DNA of 64,000 nt, taken from the NCBI GenBank assembly GCA_026195275.1, contig JAPHQU010000003.1, forward strand, positions 7,852 to 71,851, written 5' to 3'. Made by a program: the position numbers and the translations under genes. The notes below the pieces were generated by a model that made no database searches, was not told where the DNA came from, and saw only the letters and a program-made list of their open reading frames with translations. The DNA comes from Minisyncoccota bacterium (GTDB lineage Bacteria; Patescibacteriota; Minisyncoccia; Phycocordibacterales; JABMNX01). This document shows positions 19,619 to 30,003 of the stretch, one piece after another; the first letter of the stretch is position 1; each line of letters begins with the position of its first letter.

Positions 19619-19641
19619 TCGATCCTCTCATTGCCCGCAAC
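19619..19641 (+). repeat. direct repeat of the tRNA-Trp 3' end (att-like)
   Basis: tcgatcctctcattgcccgcaac versus tcgattccctcatcgcccgcaac at 19447-19469. The match runs 4 nt past the tRNA 3' end. Confidence 0.55.
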
Positions 19642-19685
19642 ATTTCCATTTCAATGCTCCATCTCGGGCACATTGAAATTGTAGC

Positions 19686-20603
19686 TTACTCTTCCATGAA
19701 TTCGTCGACTGTCCTGAGCACTTCTTTTATATCTTGTGGCGAGAACCATTTGATATCTTTGTCTCGCTTGAACCACGTCCGTTGACGTTTTGCGTACTGC
19801 CAGATCTTTTGCTCAAGCTCTGCGAGCATCTCTTCTCTTGATATCAATCCTTGAAGGTGACGAGCCATGTAGCGGTACTCAAGTCCGAGCTGCTCCATGC
19901 GCTCCCACGAGACACCTTCTTCGTGAAGTCGTTCCGCTTCTTCAAGCATCCCCTCTTCCATGCGAGAGAGAAGCCGACGGTGAATCTTGTCTTTAAGCAC
20001 ATCATCGGGTAGATCGATACCAATCTTGAGGGCGCCATATGGGCAGTCCTGCTTTGGTCGGGGCACACTCCCAAGTGCTTCTGCTATCTCAATAGCGCGT
20101 ACGAGGCGCGACTTGTTACTCTGGTCGATCGTCTCTGCTCGCGCCTGGTCAAGCTCTAAGAGTCGCTCGAGAAGTTCCTCTTTGGAGAGCTTCTCAAGTA
20201 CTTCACGAAGCTTCATGTTCGGTTCAACTTCAGGGAGTGATGTCTCACCAAGGAACGCGGAGAGATAAAAGCCGGTACCACCCGCGATGATGGGAAGCTT
20301 GCTTCGCTCGAGTATGTCCACTACTGCGCTTTGCGCCATTTGAGTAAAATCTGCCGCAGTGAAGACACCTTTCGGGTCGGCGACATCGAGGAGGTGGTGC
20401 GGGACACCACGCATTTCATCTTCGGTGATCTTGCCTGAGCCAATATCGAGCCCTCGGTAGACTTGCCGTGAATCAACCGAGACGACTTCGCCATCAAATT
20501 GGAGCGCAATCTCGACCGCAAGGTCGCTCTTACCGGAAGCTGTTGGACCAACGACTGCAATGATCTTTGGACGCATTTCTTTTGTTGTCGTCTTTTTTGA
20601 CAT
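19686..20603 (-). CDS. miaA: tRNA dimethylallyltransferase
   Basis: P-loop GPTASGKS, then DSRQVYRGLDIGSGK and AKRQRTWF motifs. Confidence 0.9.
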   Translation of the reverse strand: MSKKTTTKEMRPKIIAVVGPTASGKSDLAVEIALQFDGEVVSVDSRQVYRGLDIGSGKITEDEMRGVPHHLLDVADPKGVFTAADFTQMAQSAVVDILERSKLPIIAGGTGFYLSAFLGETSLPEVEPNMKLREVLEKLSKEELLERLLELDQARAETIDQSNKSRLVRAIEIAEALGSVPRPKQDCPYGALKIGIDLPDDVLKDKIHRRLLSRMEEGMLEEAERLHEEGVSWERMEQLGLEYRYMARHLQGLISREEMLAELEQKIWQYAKRQRTWFKRDKDIKWFSPQDIKEVLRTVDEFMEE

Positions 20604-20658
20604 GTATTCTGGTATTGATATACTTTTCAGTGTTACACACTTAAAACAAACATAGCAT

Positions 20659-21195
20659 ATGTCAGAAAATCACACAGCAGAAGGGAAGCCTATCCCGAGC
20701 GTAGTCTTTAAGATGCGCGTAAAGAACGAATCTGGAGACTTCGACTGGAAGGACGTCTCAAGTGACGAGATCTTCAGTGGAAAGAAGGTAGTGCTCTTCG
20801 CACTTCCGGGAGCGTTCACCCCAACTTGTTCATCAACCCACTTGCCGGGGTATGAGGCGTCATATGACGAACTCAAAGGACTCGGTGTTGATGAGGTGTA
20901 CTGCCTTTCGGTGAACGATGCATTCGTGATGAACGCATGGGCAAAGGACCAGGGGGTCAGTAAAGTAAAGCTTATTCCTGACGGAAGCGGGGAGTTCACA
21001 CGCGCTATTGGTATGATGGTCAAGAAGGAAAACCTCGGATTTGGCGATCGTTCATGGCGCTACAGCCTCCACGCAGAAGACGGAATCATTAAGAAGATGT
21101 TCATCGAGCCGGGGTTTGAGGACAACTGTTCTTCTGATCCATTTGAGGTGTCAGATGCACAGACCATGATTCGACACCTTAAGGGGGAAGAGTAA
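20659..21195 (+). CDS. peroxiredoxin, Prx5-like (AhpC/TSA family)
   Basis: LPGAFTPTCS peroxidatic-Cys motif. Confidence 0.8.
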   Translation: MSENHTAEGKPIPSVVFKMRVKNESGDFDWKDVSSDEIFSGKKVVLFALPGAFTPTCSSTHLPGYEASYDELKGLGVDEVYCLSVNDAFVMNAWAKDQGVSKVKLIPDGSGEFTRAIGMMVKKENLGFGDRSWRYSLHAEDGIIKKMFIEPGFEDNCSSDPFEVSDAQTMIRHLKGEE

Positions 21196-21362
21196 CCAAA
21201 CAGCATATACACCAAACACAAACACCCCACACGAGTGGGGTGTTTGTATTACTCGCCAACGTAGCCTGAGTATGTTGAGAAAATAAATGACCCACATGTG
21301 CGCCATTTATTTTTTGTGCCGACAGGCAGGTTTTGAGACTTTCTGTTTTTCTTCAGAACAAA

Positions 21363-21447
21363 TGGTGGGCGTGGAGGGGGTCGAACCCTCAAGCCTTGCG
21401 GCACACGATTTTGAGTCGTGCGCGTATACCAATTCCGCCACACGCCC
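21363..21447 (-). tRNA. tRNA-Leu (anticodon CAA), CCA encoded
   Basis: Anticodon loop CTCAAAA, long variable arm, T-loop GGTTCGACCCC. Confidence 0.8.
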
Positions 21448-21493
21448 CCCATTTGTTCTGAAGAATGATGAATAGCTTTCAGTCATCGCTATT

Positions 21494-21520
21494 CATTACC
21501 AATTCCGCCATCTCGGCATG
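21494..21520 (-). repeat. partial duplicate of the tRNA-Leu(CAA) 5' part
   Basis: taccaattccgcca shared with the D-arm region of the adjacent tRNA. Confidence 0.45.
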
Positions 21521-21589
21521 TACGTTGTGTACGCAAAGTGTATCTAAATTTAGAACGCTTCGCAATTAGTGGTATAATATTGTGCAACC

Positions 21590-22651
21590 ATGACAGACAG
21601 TTTCTATAACAATTCGATCTTCTGGGTTGAGGTTGAGAAGGTGCATCCGAACCCATATCAGCCACGAAAAGAGTTTGATGAAGCTCGCCTCAGCGACCTT
21701 GCAGATTCGATTCGTCAGTATGGGGTTCTTCAGCCGCTTGTTGTCACACGTTATGAAATCGAGAAAGAAGACGGTGGACTCGCGACCGAGTACGAGCTTA
21801 TCGCAGGTGAGCGACGTCTTCGCGCATCACGCTTAGCCGGACTCGCGCAAGTGCCGGTGTTGATCCGCGCGCAAGAAGATTCAAGCAAGGCAAAACTCGA
21901 GCTTGCAATCATTGAAAACTTGCAGCGAGAGGATCTTAATCCGGTTGATCGCGCACGCGCGTTCAGACGACTTGCAGACGAATTCAAACTTAAACACACT
22001 GAAATCGGTAAGAAGGTCGGTAAGAGTCGCGAATATGTCTCTAACACACTGCGCCTCCTTACCATGCCGGAGGAAATGCAGGTTGCCCTTGCTGAAGGCA
22101 AGATCACCGAGGGGCACACACGACCGATTCTTATGCTCTCCGACAAGGAAGACGAACAACACACTCTCTTCAAAGAGATTCTCTACAAGAAGCTCACTGT
22201 GCGTGAGGCAGAATCTATCGCGCGGCGCGCAGCGCAAAATCGTGTACGGAAGCGAGAGTACACCATGACTCCTGAACTTCTCGAGTTAGAGAACCAGCTG
22301 ACTGAGCGTCTCGGTACGCGCGTACAGATCGAGAAGCGTGAAGCGGGAGGGCGCGTACACATCGACTATTTCACACTTGAAGATCTTCGCGCCATCCTCG
22401 AGAAGATAGAGGGCGAGCGGACTGCTAATGGTGAAGAAAAAGGATTTCTCAGTCGACTTGCGGCTTTCGCTGCACAGGAGCCACAAAAAGGAGAGACCAC
22501 TGAATCTCGAGAAGAGGTAGCAATAGAGGAGCAACTCACACACACAGAAGCTAGCGAAGCGGAAGAGCTACCTATTGATGACCGCACAGCAGAAGAGCAA
22601 AGAAGAGATGAAGACGAGGATCTGTATTCAGTGAAGAATTTTTCAATCTAG
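21590..22651 (+). CDS. parB: ParB/Spo0J-like partition protein with acidic C-terminal tail
   Basis: ParB N-terminal nuclease-like domain (GERRLRA), HTH, and a Glu/Asp-rich C-terminus. Confidence 0.8.
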   Translation: MTDSFYNNSIFWVEVEKVHPNPYQPRKEFDEARLSDLADSIRQYGVLQPLVVTRYEIEKEDGGLATEYELIAGERRLRASRLAGLAQVPVLIRAQEDSSKAKLELAIIENLQREDLNPVDRARAFRRLADEFKLKHTEIGKKVGKSREYVSNTLRLLTMPEEMQVALAEGKITEGHTRPILMLSDKEDEQHTLFKEILYKKLTVREAESIARRAAQNRVRKREYTMTPELLELENQLTERLGTRVQIEKREAGGRVHIDYFTLEDLRAILEKIEGERTANGEEKGFLSRLAAFAAQEPQKGETTESREEVAIEEQLTHTEASEAEELPIDDRTAEEQRRDEDEDLYSVKNFSI

Positions 22652-22691
22652 ACTCTAGAGTAATCCTAAAGACGCAGCCCTTGTTGTGTGT

Positions 22692-24212
22692 CTACTTTGT
22701 AGGCTCAAGCGCGCTCCTGATATGACGCTTAGCGAGCGTTGTCTTTGCAAACTGGAGCCATTTGCGGCTTGGTTTGCTTTTTTCTTTAGTGAGGACTTCT
22801 ACAATATCGCCGTTCTTGAGTTTGGTGTCGAGTGACGCCATTTTTCCATTCACTTTCACACCCGATATATGATCACCAATGTCTGAGTGGATTGCGTAGG
22901 CAAAGTCGATTGGGCTGGAGTCAATCGGGAGATCGATCACATCTCCGTCAGGAGTGAAGGCAAAGACACGATGGCTAAAGAAATCAGCTTTGATATCGCT
23001 CAGATATTCTTCTCGTCCTCGCTTTGTTGTGGTGTGTGCCTCAGCGACCTGTTTAATCCACCCCGGAATATTTTCCTGCACGGTCGTGTTTTCCTTTTTG
23101 TTTTGTTTTGCGGTTCTCTCAACACCGAGAAGCGGTAGGAACTGCCGTACCCAATCAAGTCCAAGATGTTTTTCGCCGCGTTGATCTGCCTTGTATGAGA
23201 TATGTGACGCAATACCGAATTCTGCCTCGTGATGCATCTGCTCGGTCCGTATCTGCACCTCAACAGCTCCGGTTATTCCGGTAAATACTGTGGTATGTAT
23301 ACTCTGATAACCGTTTGGCTTGGGGAAAGCAATATAGTCTTTAATTTTTCCCGGAAGCGGACGCCACATACCATGCACGACACCAAGTACGCGATAACAA
23401 TCACCGACGGTCGGTACGATGATTCGGATTGCGGTTATGTCGTGTATCTTTGATATATCAAAATCCTTTCTCTCAAGTTTCTTGAAGAGGCTATACACAC
23501 TCTTTACCCGCTCCTCTGATCTAAAGTCGGTAATGCCTTCTTCGACCAACCCCTTCTTTATGGAACGAAGTACTTTCTGGAGATTCTTCTCGCTTTCAGC
23601 GCGACGCGCCTTGAGGAGCTTCTTCACTTCTTCACTCTCCTTGGGGTAGATGTACGGGAAAGCAAGATCCTCAAGTTCGCGCCTGATCTTACCCATACCG
23701 AGTCGATCGGCGATCGGCGCGTAGATCTCGAGGGTCTCAAGTGCGATACGGCGCTGTTTCTCTGTTGGTACATGTTCGAGTGTCATCATGTTGTGCCGAC
23801 GATCCATGAGTTTAATGATGACTACTCGCACATCTTGCGAGGTAGCGACAAAAAGCTTGCGCAGGCTTTCTGTGTGACGCTCTACGCCGCGGTAACGAAC
23901 CTTTCCAAGTTTGGTCACCCCGTCGACAAGGAAGAGGACCTCTTTGCCAAACTCCTTCTCTATTGTCTCAGGGGAGACTTCTGCATCCTCGATGGTGTCG
24001 TGGAGGAGTCCCGCAGCTATCGACTGGGCACCGACACCAATATCAGCAAGGCCTTTTGCGGTCTCAGAGAGATGGTTGAAGTATGGCTCACCTGAGTAGC
24101 GGGTGTGTTCTTTATGTGCTTCTTTCGAGAATTCATACGCCTTGGTTATGAGCGCGACGTCTTTCTCGCTAGGCGAGTTGAGTAGTTTGATGATTTCCTT
24201 GACATCAGTCAT
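22692..24212 (-). CDS. rel: (p)ppGpp synthetase/hydrolase Rel (HD + synthetase + TGS; no ACT domain)
   Basis: HD motif (HDTIED), RelA/SpoT synthetase core, TGS domain (GDVIDLP...AYAIHSDIG). 506 aa. Confidence 0.85.
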   Translation of the reverse strand: MTDVKEIIKLLNSPSEKDVALITKAYEFSKEAHKEHTRYSGEPYFNHLSETAKGLADIGVGAQSIAAGLLHDTIEDAEVSPETIEKEFGKEVLFLVDGVTKLGKVRYRGVERHTESLRKLFVATSQDVRVVIIKLMDRRHNMMTLEHVPTEKQRRIALETLEIYAPIADRLGMGKIRRELEDLAFPYIYPKESEEVKKLLKARRAESEKNLQKVLRSIKKGLVEEGITDFRSEERVKSVYSLFKKLERKDFDISKIHDITAIRIIVPTVGDCYRVLGVVHGMWRPLPGKIKDYIAFPKPNGYQSIHTTVFTGITGAVEVQIRTEQMHHEAEFGIASHISYKADQRGEKHLGLDWVRQFLPLLGVERTAKQNKKENTTVQENIPGWIKQVAEAHTTTKRGREEYLSDIKADFFSHRVFAFTPDGDVIDLPIDSSPIDFAYAIHSDIGDHISGVKVNGKMASLDTKLKNGDIVEVLTKEKSKPSRKWLQFAKTTLAKRHIRSALEPTK

Positions 24213-24275
24213 AATCTACATGATACTGTTATATTAGATTTTGGCAAATAAGGGAATAAGGAAAGGTATCCTAGT

Positions 24276-24506
24276 ATGGCGGGAAACAACACAAAAGTCT
24301 TTCAGACCCCCCTTGCGCCAGGCGAGACTGCGACCATGAACCTTGGTCTTGGGAGGACGCTCAGGGTCGTATGTCACGACGACGGCACAATCGAGGCGAC
24401 GGAAGAATTCAACTCCAACCTTCGTTGCGCGATTCTCGAGGGTGAACAGCAAGAAGAATCCCCAGATGAAGCCGCTCACTTCTTGGTCTCAAATCCATTG
24501 TTTTGA
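24276..24506 (+). CDS. hypothetical small acidic protein
   Basis: 76-aa ORF lying between convergent terminators. No family recognised. Confidence 0.25.
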   Translation: MAGNNTKVFQTPLAPGETATMNLGLGRTLRVVCHDDGTIEATEEFNSNLRCAILEGEQQEESPDEAAHFLVSNPLF

Positions 24507-24527
24507 GGACGCCACACAAAACAACAC

Positions 24528-24551
24528 AGGCCGCTACGAAAGTAGCGGCCT
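24528..24551. terminator. bidirectional terminator
   Basis: Hairpin aggccgctacgaaagtagcggcct. Confidence 0.6.
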
Positions 24552-24574
24552 GATATTTATTTTATATAGTTAAG

Positions 24575-26968
24575 CTAATTTTGTTTATACAACTCAAGCG
24601 CGTCTTCAACAGTGAGTGCATCAACATCAGTATTCTCAGGGAGCATAATGCGCTTAAATCCCTTCTTTAGGTATCTGCCCGATTTCGACTCAAAGACCTT
24701 AATCATGTTCTTGGTCTTGGGGTTAAGTCCAACCTCCTTAATAAGTTTCTCTCCGGCACGGGTCTTCTTTGGTTCCTTGAGTATCTCAAGTGCACGCTCG
24801 AAAGTGATAGTATATGGGTCGTCCTCGCCTTTCAGTGAGCGGAAGTCGCCGACGTGAACAATGTATGGCCCAAAGCGCCCAACATTTGCGACAACCGGCT
24901 CGTCGGTCTCCGGGTGTGTTCCAAGTTCACGAGGAAGTGAAAGATACTTCAGCGCATCCTCGAGGGTTACCTCATCGGGTTTCTTGTCTTTAGGTATACC
25001 CGCGCGGCGTGGTTTCGGGTCGCGTTTCGCGACCGGGATCGTCTTACCGTCGTCGTTTTTTGTTGCGGGCATCTCGCCAAGCTGGACGTATGGTCCGAAG
25101 CGGCCGGTGAGTACGTAGATATTCTCACCAGTCTCCGGATGTACACCAATTGGTTCGTCTCCTTTAATCTCGGAACCGTCAATCATGCGCGCACCGGTGC
25201 ACTCAGGGAACTTGCTACACGAGAGGAATTTGCCACCGCGGCCGAGTTTGATGACCATTGAAGCATTACACTCGGGGCAGGGGAATTCTTTCGGCCCTTC
25301 ACCAAGGTTGGTGAGCTTCTCGATATCTTCCTTTGATGCGACCGCTTTTGAGAATGGTGTGTAAAAGTCTTTAAGTGTTTTTGTGTACTCGCGTGACCCT
25401 TCAGCAATCTCATCGAGCTCGTGCTCCATTTCGCTGGTAAAGGTGTCTGAAATGTAATTTGCAAAATGTTCCTCAAGAAAGGTTGAGACTACGTCTCCGG
25501 TGTCAGTTGGAATAAGTGTACGTCCTTCTTTCTCGACGTACCCACGGTCATTGAGTGTCTTCATGGTCGAGGCATATGTCGATGGGCGACCGATGCCGCG
25601 TTTTTCAAGCTCTTTGATGAGCCCCGCCTCAATGTAACGGTTCGGTGGTTCGGTTTGCTTCGCTTCGACCTCAACCTCACTAACAGAAAGGGAGTCGCCT
25701 TTCGCGAGTTTCGGTACTTCAATATCTTCGCCACGTGCGCGAGTGTCTACCTTGAGCCATCCGTCAAAGACGACTCGAGAACCATTCACGGCAAAGTCGG
25801 GGATAGACTCGCTTGTGCCCGAGACATTAGCGAGCACTTTGGTTCGTTTGATTTTCGCGTCAGTCATCTGTGATGAGACAGCACGTTCCCAGATGAGCTC
25901 ATAGAGTCGTTTTTGGTCCTCGGTTGTGCCGACTGAGCGTTTTGCGAAATTTGACGGACGGATGGCCTCGTGGGCTTCTTGCGCTGACGCGCTCTTGGTC
26001 TTGTAGGTACGTGGTGCTACGTACTCCGCTCCGTATTCTTCATGAAGGAGGGCGAGGATTTGCTTTTGCGCAACCGCACTCATATTGGTCGAGTCAGTAC
26101 GCATGTAGGTGATGTGCCCAGCTTCGTAGAGCTTTTGCGCGGCACCCATGGTGCGACTCGGCGCAAAGCCGAGTCGGGTTGAGGCCGACTGCTGGAGCGT
26201 CGAGGTGGTGAATGGCGCGCGCGCCGATCGTTTTGCCTCAGTCTCTTTTATGTCGGTGACCGCCCAGTTGTGTGCTTCGCCAATTTTCTTGATACGGTCT
26301 ACTTCCTTCTTTGCATTGGGCTTTTCGGTGCAAAGGAAGGGTATTGCTGTCTTGTTTTGTGCTTCGGCGTGTGCAGTGAGTACGAAGAATTCCTCAGGCT
26401 CAAATGCACGGATCTCGCGTTCGCGCTCCATGATGATGCGAAGTGCGGGGGACTGCACACGTCCGGCAGAGAGTCCGTAGCGTACTTTCTTCCAGATGAG
26501 TCCTGAGAGGTCGTAGCCGACAAGACGGTCAAGCACTCTACGCGCTTCTTGCGCCTGCTTCAGGTGCTCGTCAATGGTGCGCGGATGCTTCATCGCTTCC
26601 TGTACCGCGTCTTTAGTGATCTCGTAGAATACCACACGCTTTGGTTTTTTAAGATCAAGCGCTTCCTTGAGGTGCCACGCAATCGCTTCGCCTTCGCGAT
26701 CGGGGTCGGTCGCGAGAATCACCTCTTCGGCTTCCTTAGCAAGCTCGGTGAGCTCTTTGATAACTTTTTCTTTACCAATGCTTATCTCGTACTGCGGCAC
26801 AAAACCCGCATCGATATCAATCGCGTTCTTATTGCTCTTAGGAAGATCACGAACATGTCCGACTGAGGCTCGGACGGTGTATTCGCCCGCCTGTCCGGCA
26901 GGCAAGCTATCAAGATATTTTGATATGGTCTTCGCTTTTGCGGGGGACTCTACTATTAATAGTTTCAT
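24575..26968 (-). CDS. topA: DNA topoisomerase I
   Basis: TOPRIM and Topo IA core (ITYMRTDST active-site Tyr region), C-terminal zinc ribbons. 797 aa. Confidence 0.95.
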   Translation of the reverse strand: MKLLIVESPAKAKTISKYLDSLPAGQAGEYTVRASVGHVRDLPKSNKNAIDIDAGFVPQYEISIGKEKVIKELTELAKEAEEVILATDPDREGEAIAWHLKEALDLKKPKRVVFYEITKDAVQEAMKHPRTIDEHLKQAQEARRVLDRLVGYDLSGLIWKKVRYGLSAGRVQSPALRIIMEREREIRAFEPEEFFVLTAHAEAQNKTAIPFLCTEKPNAKKEVDRIKKIGEAHNWAVTDIKETEAKRSARAPFTTSTLQQSASTRLGFAPSRTMGAAQKLYEAGHITYMRTDSTNMSAVAQKQILALLHEEYGAEYVAPRTYKTKSASAQEAHEAIRPSNFAKRSVGTTEDQKRLYELIWERAVSSQMTDAKIKRTKVLANVSGTSESIPDFAVNGSRVVFDGWLKVDTRARGEDIEVPKLAKGDSLSVSEVEVEAKQTEPPNRYIEAGLIKELEKRGIGRPSTYASTMKTLNDRGYVEKEGRTLIPTDTGDVVSTFLEEHFANYISDTFTSEMEHELDEIAEGSREYTKTLKDFYTPFSKAVASKEDIEKLTNLGEGPKEFPCPECNASMVIKLGRGGKFLSCSKFPECTGARMIDGSEIKGDEPIGVHPETGENIYVLTGRFGPYVQLGEMPATKNDDGKTIPVAKRDPKPRRAGIPKDKKPDEVTLEDALKYLSLPRELGTHPETDEPVVANVGRFGPYIVHVGDFRSLKGEDDPYTITFERALEILKEPKKTRAGEKLIKEVGLNPKTKNMIKVFESKSGRYLKKGFKRIMLPENTDVDALTVEDALELYKQN

Positions 26969-27015
26969 AAGGATACAGATGTACGCGAAATTAACGTTGT
27001 TGTCAAATACGGTGA

Positions 27016-27876
27016 TTATTCAGCGTGTCGTAATTCTCCGAGTCGCTCAACAATAAACCCTTTCAGTTCCATTGAAGAGAGCAGTACATTTGCTTCAGTA
27101 ATCGGAAGCCCGAGTTGCTCAAGTAGCTCATCACGTGGCATTGGGTGTTCCAGCAACTTTAACACTTTTTGTTCATTTGCTGAAAGGTTTTCATGCTGTT
27201 TCTTTTTATCAGAAGTTGTCTCCAGCCCGAGTGCCTCAAGAATGTCATCGCTCGTGGTGACCGGAGTCGCCCCATTACGAATAAGCATGTGAGGGCCATA
27301 TGATAGCTTCGAGAACACTGAGCCGGGAACAGTGAGTACGTCTCGGTTATACTCCATAGCGAGTCGTGCGGTAATAAGTGTCCCTGAACGATCGCCCGCT
27401 TCTATGACCAGTGTCGCGTGTGACATCCCCGCCATAATACGGTTGCGTTGTGGGAAGCTGTACGGTGTCGCGTGGAAGGTCGGCTCAAACTCCGAGAGGA
27501 GGGCGCCGCTCGCCTTGAGTATCTCTCGAGCAAGTATATGGTTGGTGCGCGGATAGAGTACATTGTCATTGAGTCCCGAGCCAGGCACTGCTATTGTCTT
27601 AAGTCCTGCGCTAAGCGCCGCTTTGTGTGCAATTGCGTCCATGCCAAGCGCGAGCCCTGAGACGATTGCGATGTCGTGACCAAATAGCCCCCTAATGAGT
27701 GTCTCGCAGGCATCTTTTCCATACGGCGAGTGTCGGCGCGAGCCGACCACAGCGAGCAGTTTAGTCTCAGGTGAAGGAAGTACCCCACGCACAAAGAGTC
27801 GCTTCGGCGGGTCAGGTATCTCCGAGAGAAGTGGCGGAAACTCGATGCGTTTCAGTTGTCTCACCTCGTGCTCCAT
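27016..27876 (-). CDS. dprA: DNA processing protein DprA (Smf)
   Basis: Rossmann-like DprA domain (GxALGxDAxAH) and C-terminal winged helix. Confidence 0.85.
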   Translation of the reverse strand: MEHEVRQLKRIEFPPLLSEIPDPPKRLFVRGVLPSPETKLLAVVGSRRHSPYGKDACETLIRGLFGHDIAIVSGLALGMDAIAHKAALSAGLKTIAVPGSGLNDNVLYPRTNHILAREILKASGALLSEFEPTFHATPYSFPQRNRIMAGMSHATLVIEAGDRSGTLITARLAMEYNRDVLTVPGSVFSKLSYGPHMLIRNGATPVTTSDDILEALGLETTSDKKKQHENLSANEQKVLKLLEHPMPRDELLEQLGLPITEANVLLSSMELKGFIVERLGELRHAE

Positions 27877-27914
27877 AGTACTATGTATTCTAACACCCAG
27901 GCGGTGGACACTCT

Positions 27915-29177
27915 ATGTTGGATATTAATTTTATACGCGAAAATAAAGAACTTCTAAAAGAAGGAGCGCAGAAAAAGCACATGGAAGTCGACATCGACCG
28001 ACTTCTTGAGCTTGACGAGAAGCGTCGAGAACTCCTCGGGGTAGTTGAAGAGAAGCGCGCGAAGCAAAACGCGGCAAATGAAGGGATTGCGCAGGCCGAC
28101 GACGAGTCCCGCTCAAAGCTCATAGCTGAGATGAAAGATATCAAAGAGGGTCTGCAGAAAGAAGAAGAAGAGCTTAAGAAGATAATGGAAGAGTGGCAGA
28201 CGCTTATGCTTCGCGTGCCGAACATTCCGGACGTGTCGGTCCCTGAAGGCGCAAGCGATGAAGATAATCAAGAGGTGAAAGTGTGGGGGGAGAAGCCACA
28301 GTTTGACTTCACCCCAAAGAGTCACATTGATATTATGACCACGCTTGATATGGTCGACTTTGAGCGAGGTGCGAAGGTGCACGGTTTTCGCGGATACTTT
28401 CTCAAGAATGACGGAGCACTTCTTTCATACGCAATCTGGGACTACGCACGTGACTTCTTCCTGAAGAAGGGGTTTGACCCGATGATCGTCCCTGCGATTG
28501 TCCGAAAGAGCAATCTCTACGGCACCGGGCACCTCCCAAATGAGGCGGAAGATCTCTACGAGACACAGGATGGCGACTACCTTTCGGGCACCGCGGAGGT
28601 AGCGACAATGGGTTACTACTCAGACGAGACACTTAAAGCAGAAGACCTTCCAATCAAGAATCTTTCCTTCTCTCCATGTTTCCGTAGAGAGGCGGGAAGC
28701 CACGGTAAAGATACCAAGGGGCTCATTCGAGTTCACGAGTTCTACAAATTTGAGCAGGTCATTCTTTGTGAAGCGAGTCATGAAGAGTCTGTTAAGTGGC
28801 ATGAGTGGCTCAATCGCAACACGGAAGAATTCATTGAGTCGCTCGGTATTCCGTATCACACTGTCGTGAATTGTGGTGGCGACCTTGGGCAAGGTCAGGT
28901 GAAGAAGTACGACGTCGAGCTTTGGGTGCCGCTTGAGGAGAAGTATCGTGAAATCGGCTCGACCTCATACTTCCACGATTTTCAGACCCGACGTTTCAAT
29001 ATCAGATACCGCGACAAAGAGGGGAAGAGCCGCTACGCACATTCACTGAACGCCACCGCGATCCCCACGCCACGTATCCTCGTGTCGTTAGTTGAGAACT
29101 TCCAGCAAAGTGATGGCTCAGTGATGGTTCCAGAAGTGCTTCGTCCGTATCTGGGCAAAGACCTCATAACGAAATAA
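27915..29177 (+). CDS. serS: seryl-tRNA synthetase
   Basis: N-terminal coiled-coil arm and class II aaRS motifs. 420 aa. Confidence 0.95.
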   Translation: MLDINFIRENKELLKEGAQKKHMEVDIDRLLELDEKRRELLGVVEEKRAKQNAANEGIAQADDESRSKLIAEMKDIKEGLQKEEEELKKIMEEWQTLMLRVPNIPDVSVPEGASDEDNQEVKVWGEKPQFDFTPKSHIDIMTTLDMVDFERGAKVHGFRGYFLKNDGALLSYAIWDYARDFFLKKGFDPMIVPAIVRKSNLYGTGHLPNEAEDLYETQDGDYLSGTAEVATMGYYSDETLKAEDLPIKNLSFSPCFRREAGSHGKDTKGLIRVHEFYKFEQVILCEASHEESVKWHEWLNRNTEEFIESLGIPYHTVVNCGGDLGQGQVKKYDVELWVPLEEKYREIGSTSYFHDFQTRRFNIRYRDKEGKSRYAHSLNATAIPTPRILVSLVENFQQSDGSVMVPEVLRPYLGKDLITK

Positions 29178-29181
29178 TGAT

Positions 29182-30003
29182 ATGCTTTTTCGCCGACGAA
29201 GAGTTCGATCGGAGAAGTTGGTGCGACGCAGACGCCAAGTAATCCTCGCACGACTCGGGGTCACCATTCTCATGGTGCTAATCCTTGTTGGTGGTGCTTC
29301 GTGGCTTCTACATAACCCGGCGATCACGCTGACTGATGTGGTTATCCAGGGCAACCACGTGGTAAGCGACGAGGAAATACTCCGCGTGGTCGATAAGACG
29401 CTCGCAGGGTCATACCTTCTAATCTTCCCGCGTCGTAGCAGTTTGGTCTATCCCGAGCGTGAACTCAGTCAGCGTTTGTTGGAGGATCTTCCGCGCATCA
29501 AGTCGGTAGAGCTCGTGCGTGTAGACCCACACACTCTCTCAATTGAGGTGCGAGAACAACAGCCATCAGTTCTTTGGTGTCGCGAGAGTGCCGAGGGGGC
29601 GCTTGATGAGTGTTACTTCGTGAATGAAGACGGGTTTGTGTACGCGCCGGCGCCGAACTTTACCGGCAATGTATTTTTTCGATTTTATGGGGATATCGTC
29701 GCTGATAATCCGGTCGGAGAGCACGTGTGGGGATCAGATTTTGATCGGGTGATGCTCTTGATTGGTTCTCTTGGCGACCTTAATATGGTACCGGTTGCAC
29801 TCCGGCCACTTGATAGGAGTGACGTACGACTTGAGATGGAAGATGGCAGCGCGATCCTCTTTGGCAGAAAACAGCGTCCATCTGAGGTAATCGACAACCT
29901 CAACGCGGTGCTCGGTTCAGAAACGTTCGAAGGAGTTTTGGGCGAGGATATCGACTACATCGATCTGCGTTTTGGTAACAAGGTGTACTTTAAGTTACGT
30001 TAA
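29182..30003 (+). CDS. ftsQ: cell division protein FtsQ/DivIB-like (POTRA domain)
   Basis: Basic N-terminus, single TM helix, POTRA plus beta domain. Confidence 0.6.
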   Translation: MLFRRRRVRSEKLVRRRRQVILARLGVTILMVLILVGGASWLLHNPAITLTDVVIQGNHVVSDEEILRVVDKTLAGSYLLIFPRRSSLVYPERELSQRLLEDLPRIKSVELVRVDPHTLSIEVREQQPSVLWCRESAEGALDECYFVNEDGFVYAPAPNFTGNVFFRFYGDIVADNPVGEHVWGSDFDRVMLLIGSLGDLNMVPVALRPLDRSDVRLEMEDGSAILFGRKQRPSEVIDNLNAVLGSETFEGVLGEDIDYIDLRFGNKVYFKLR

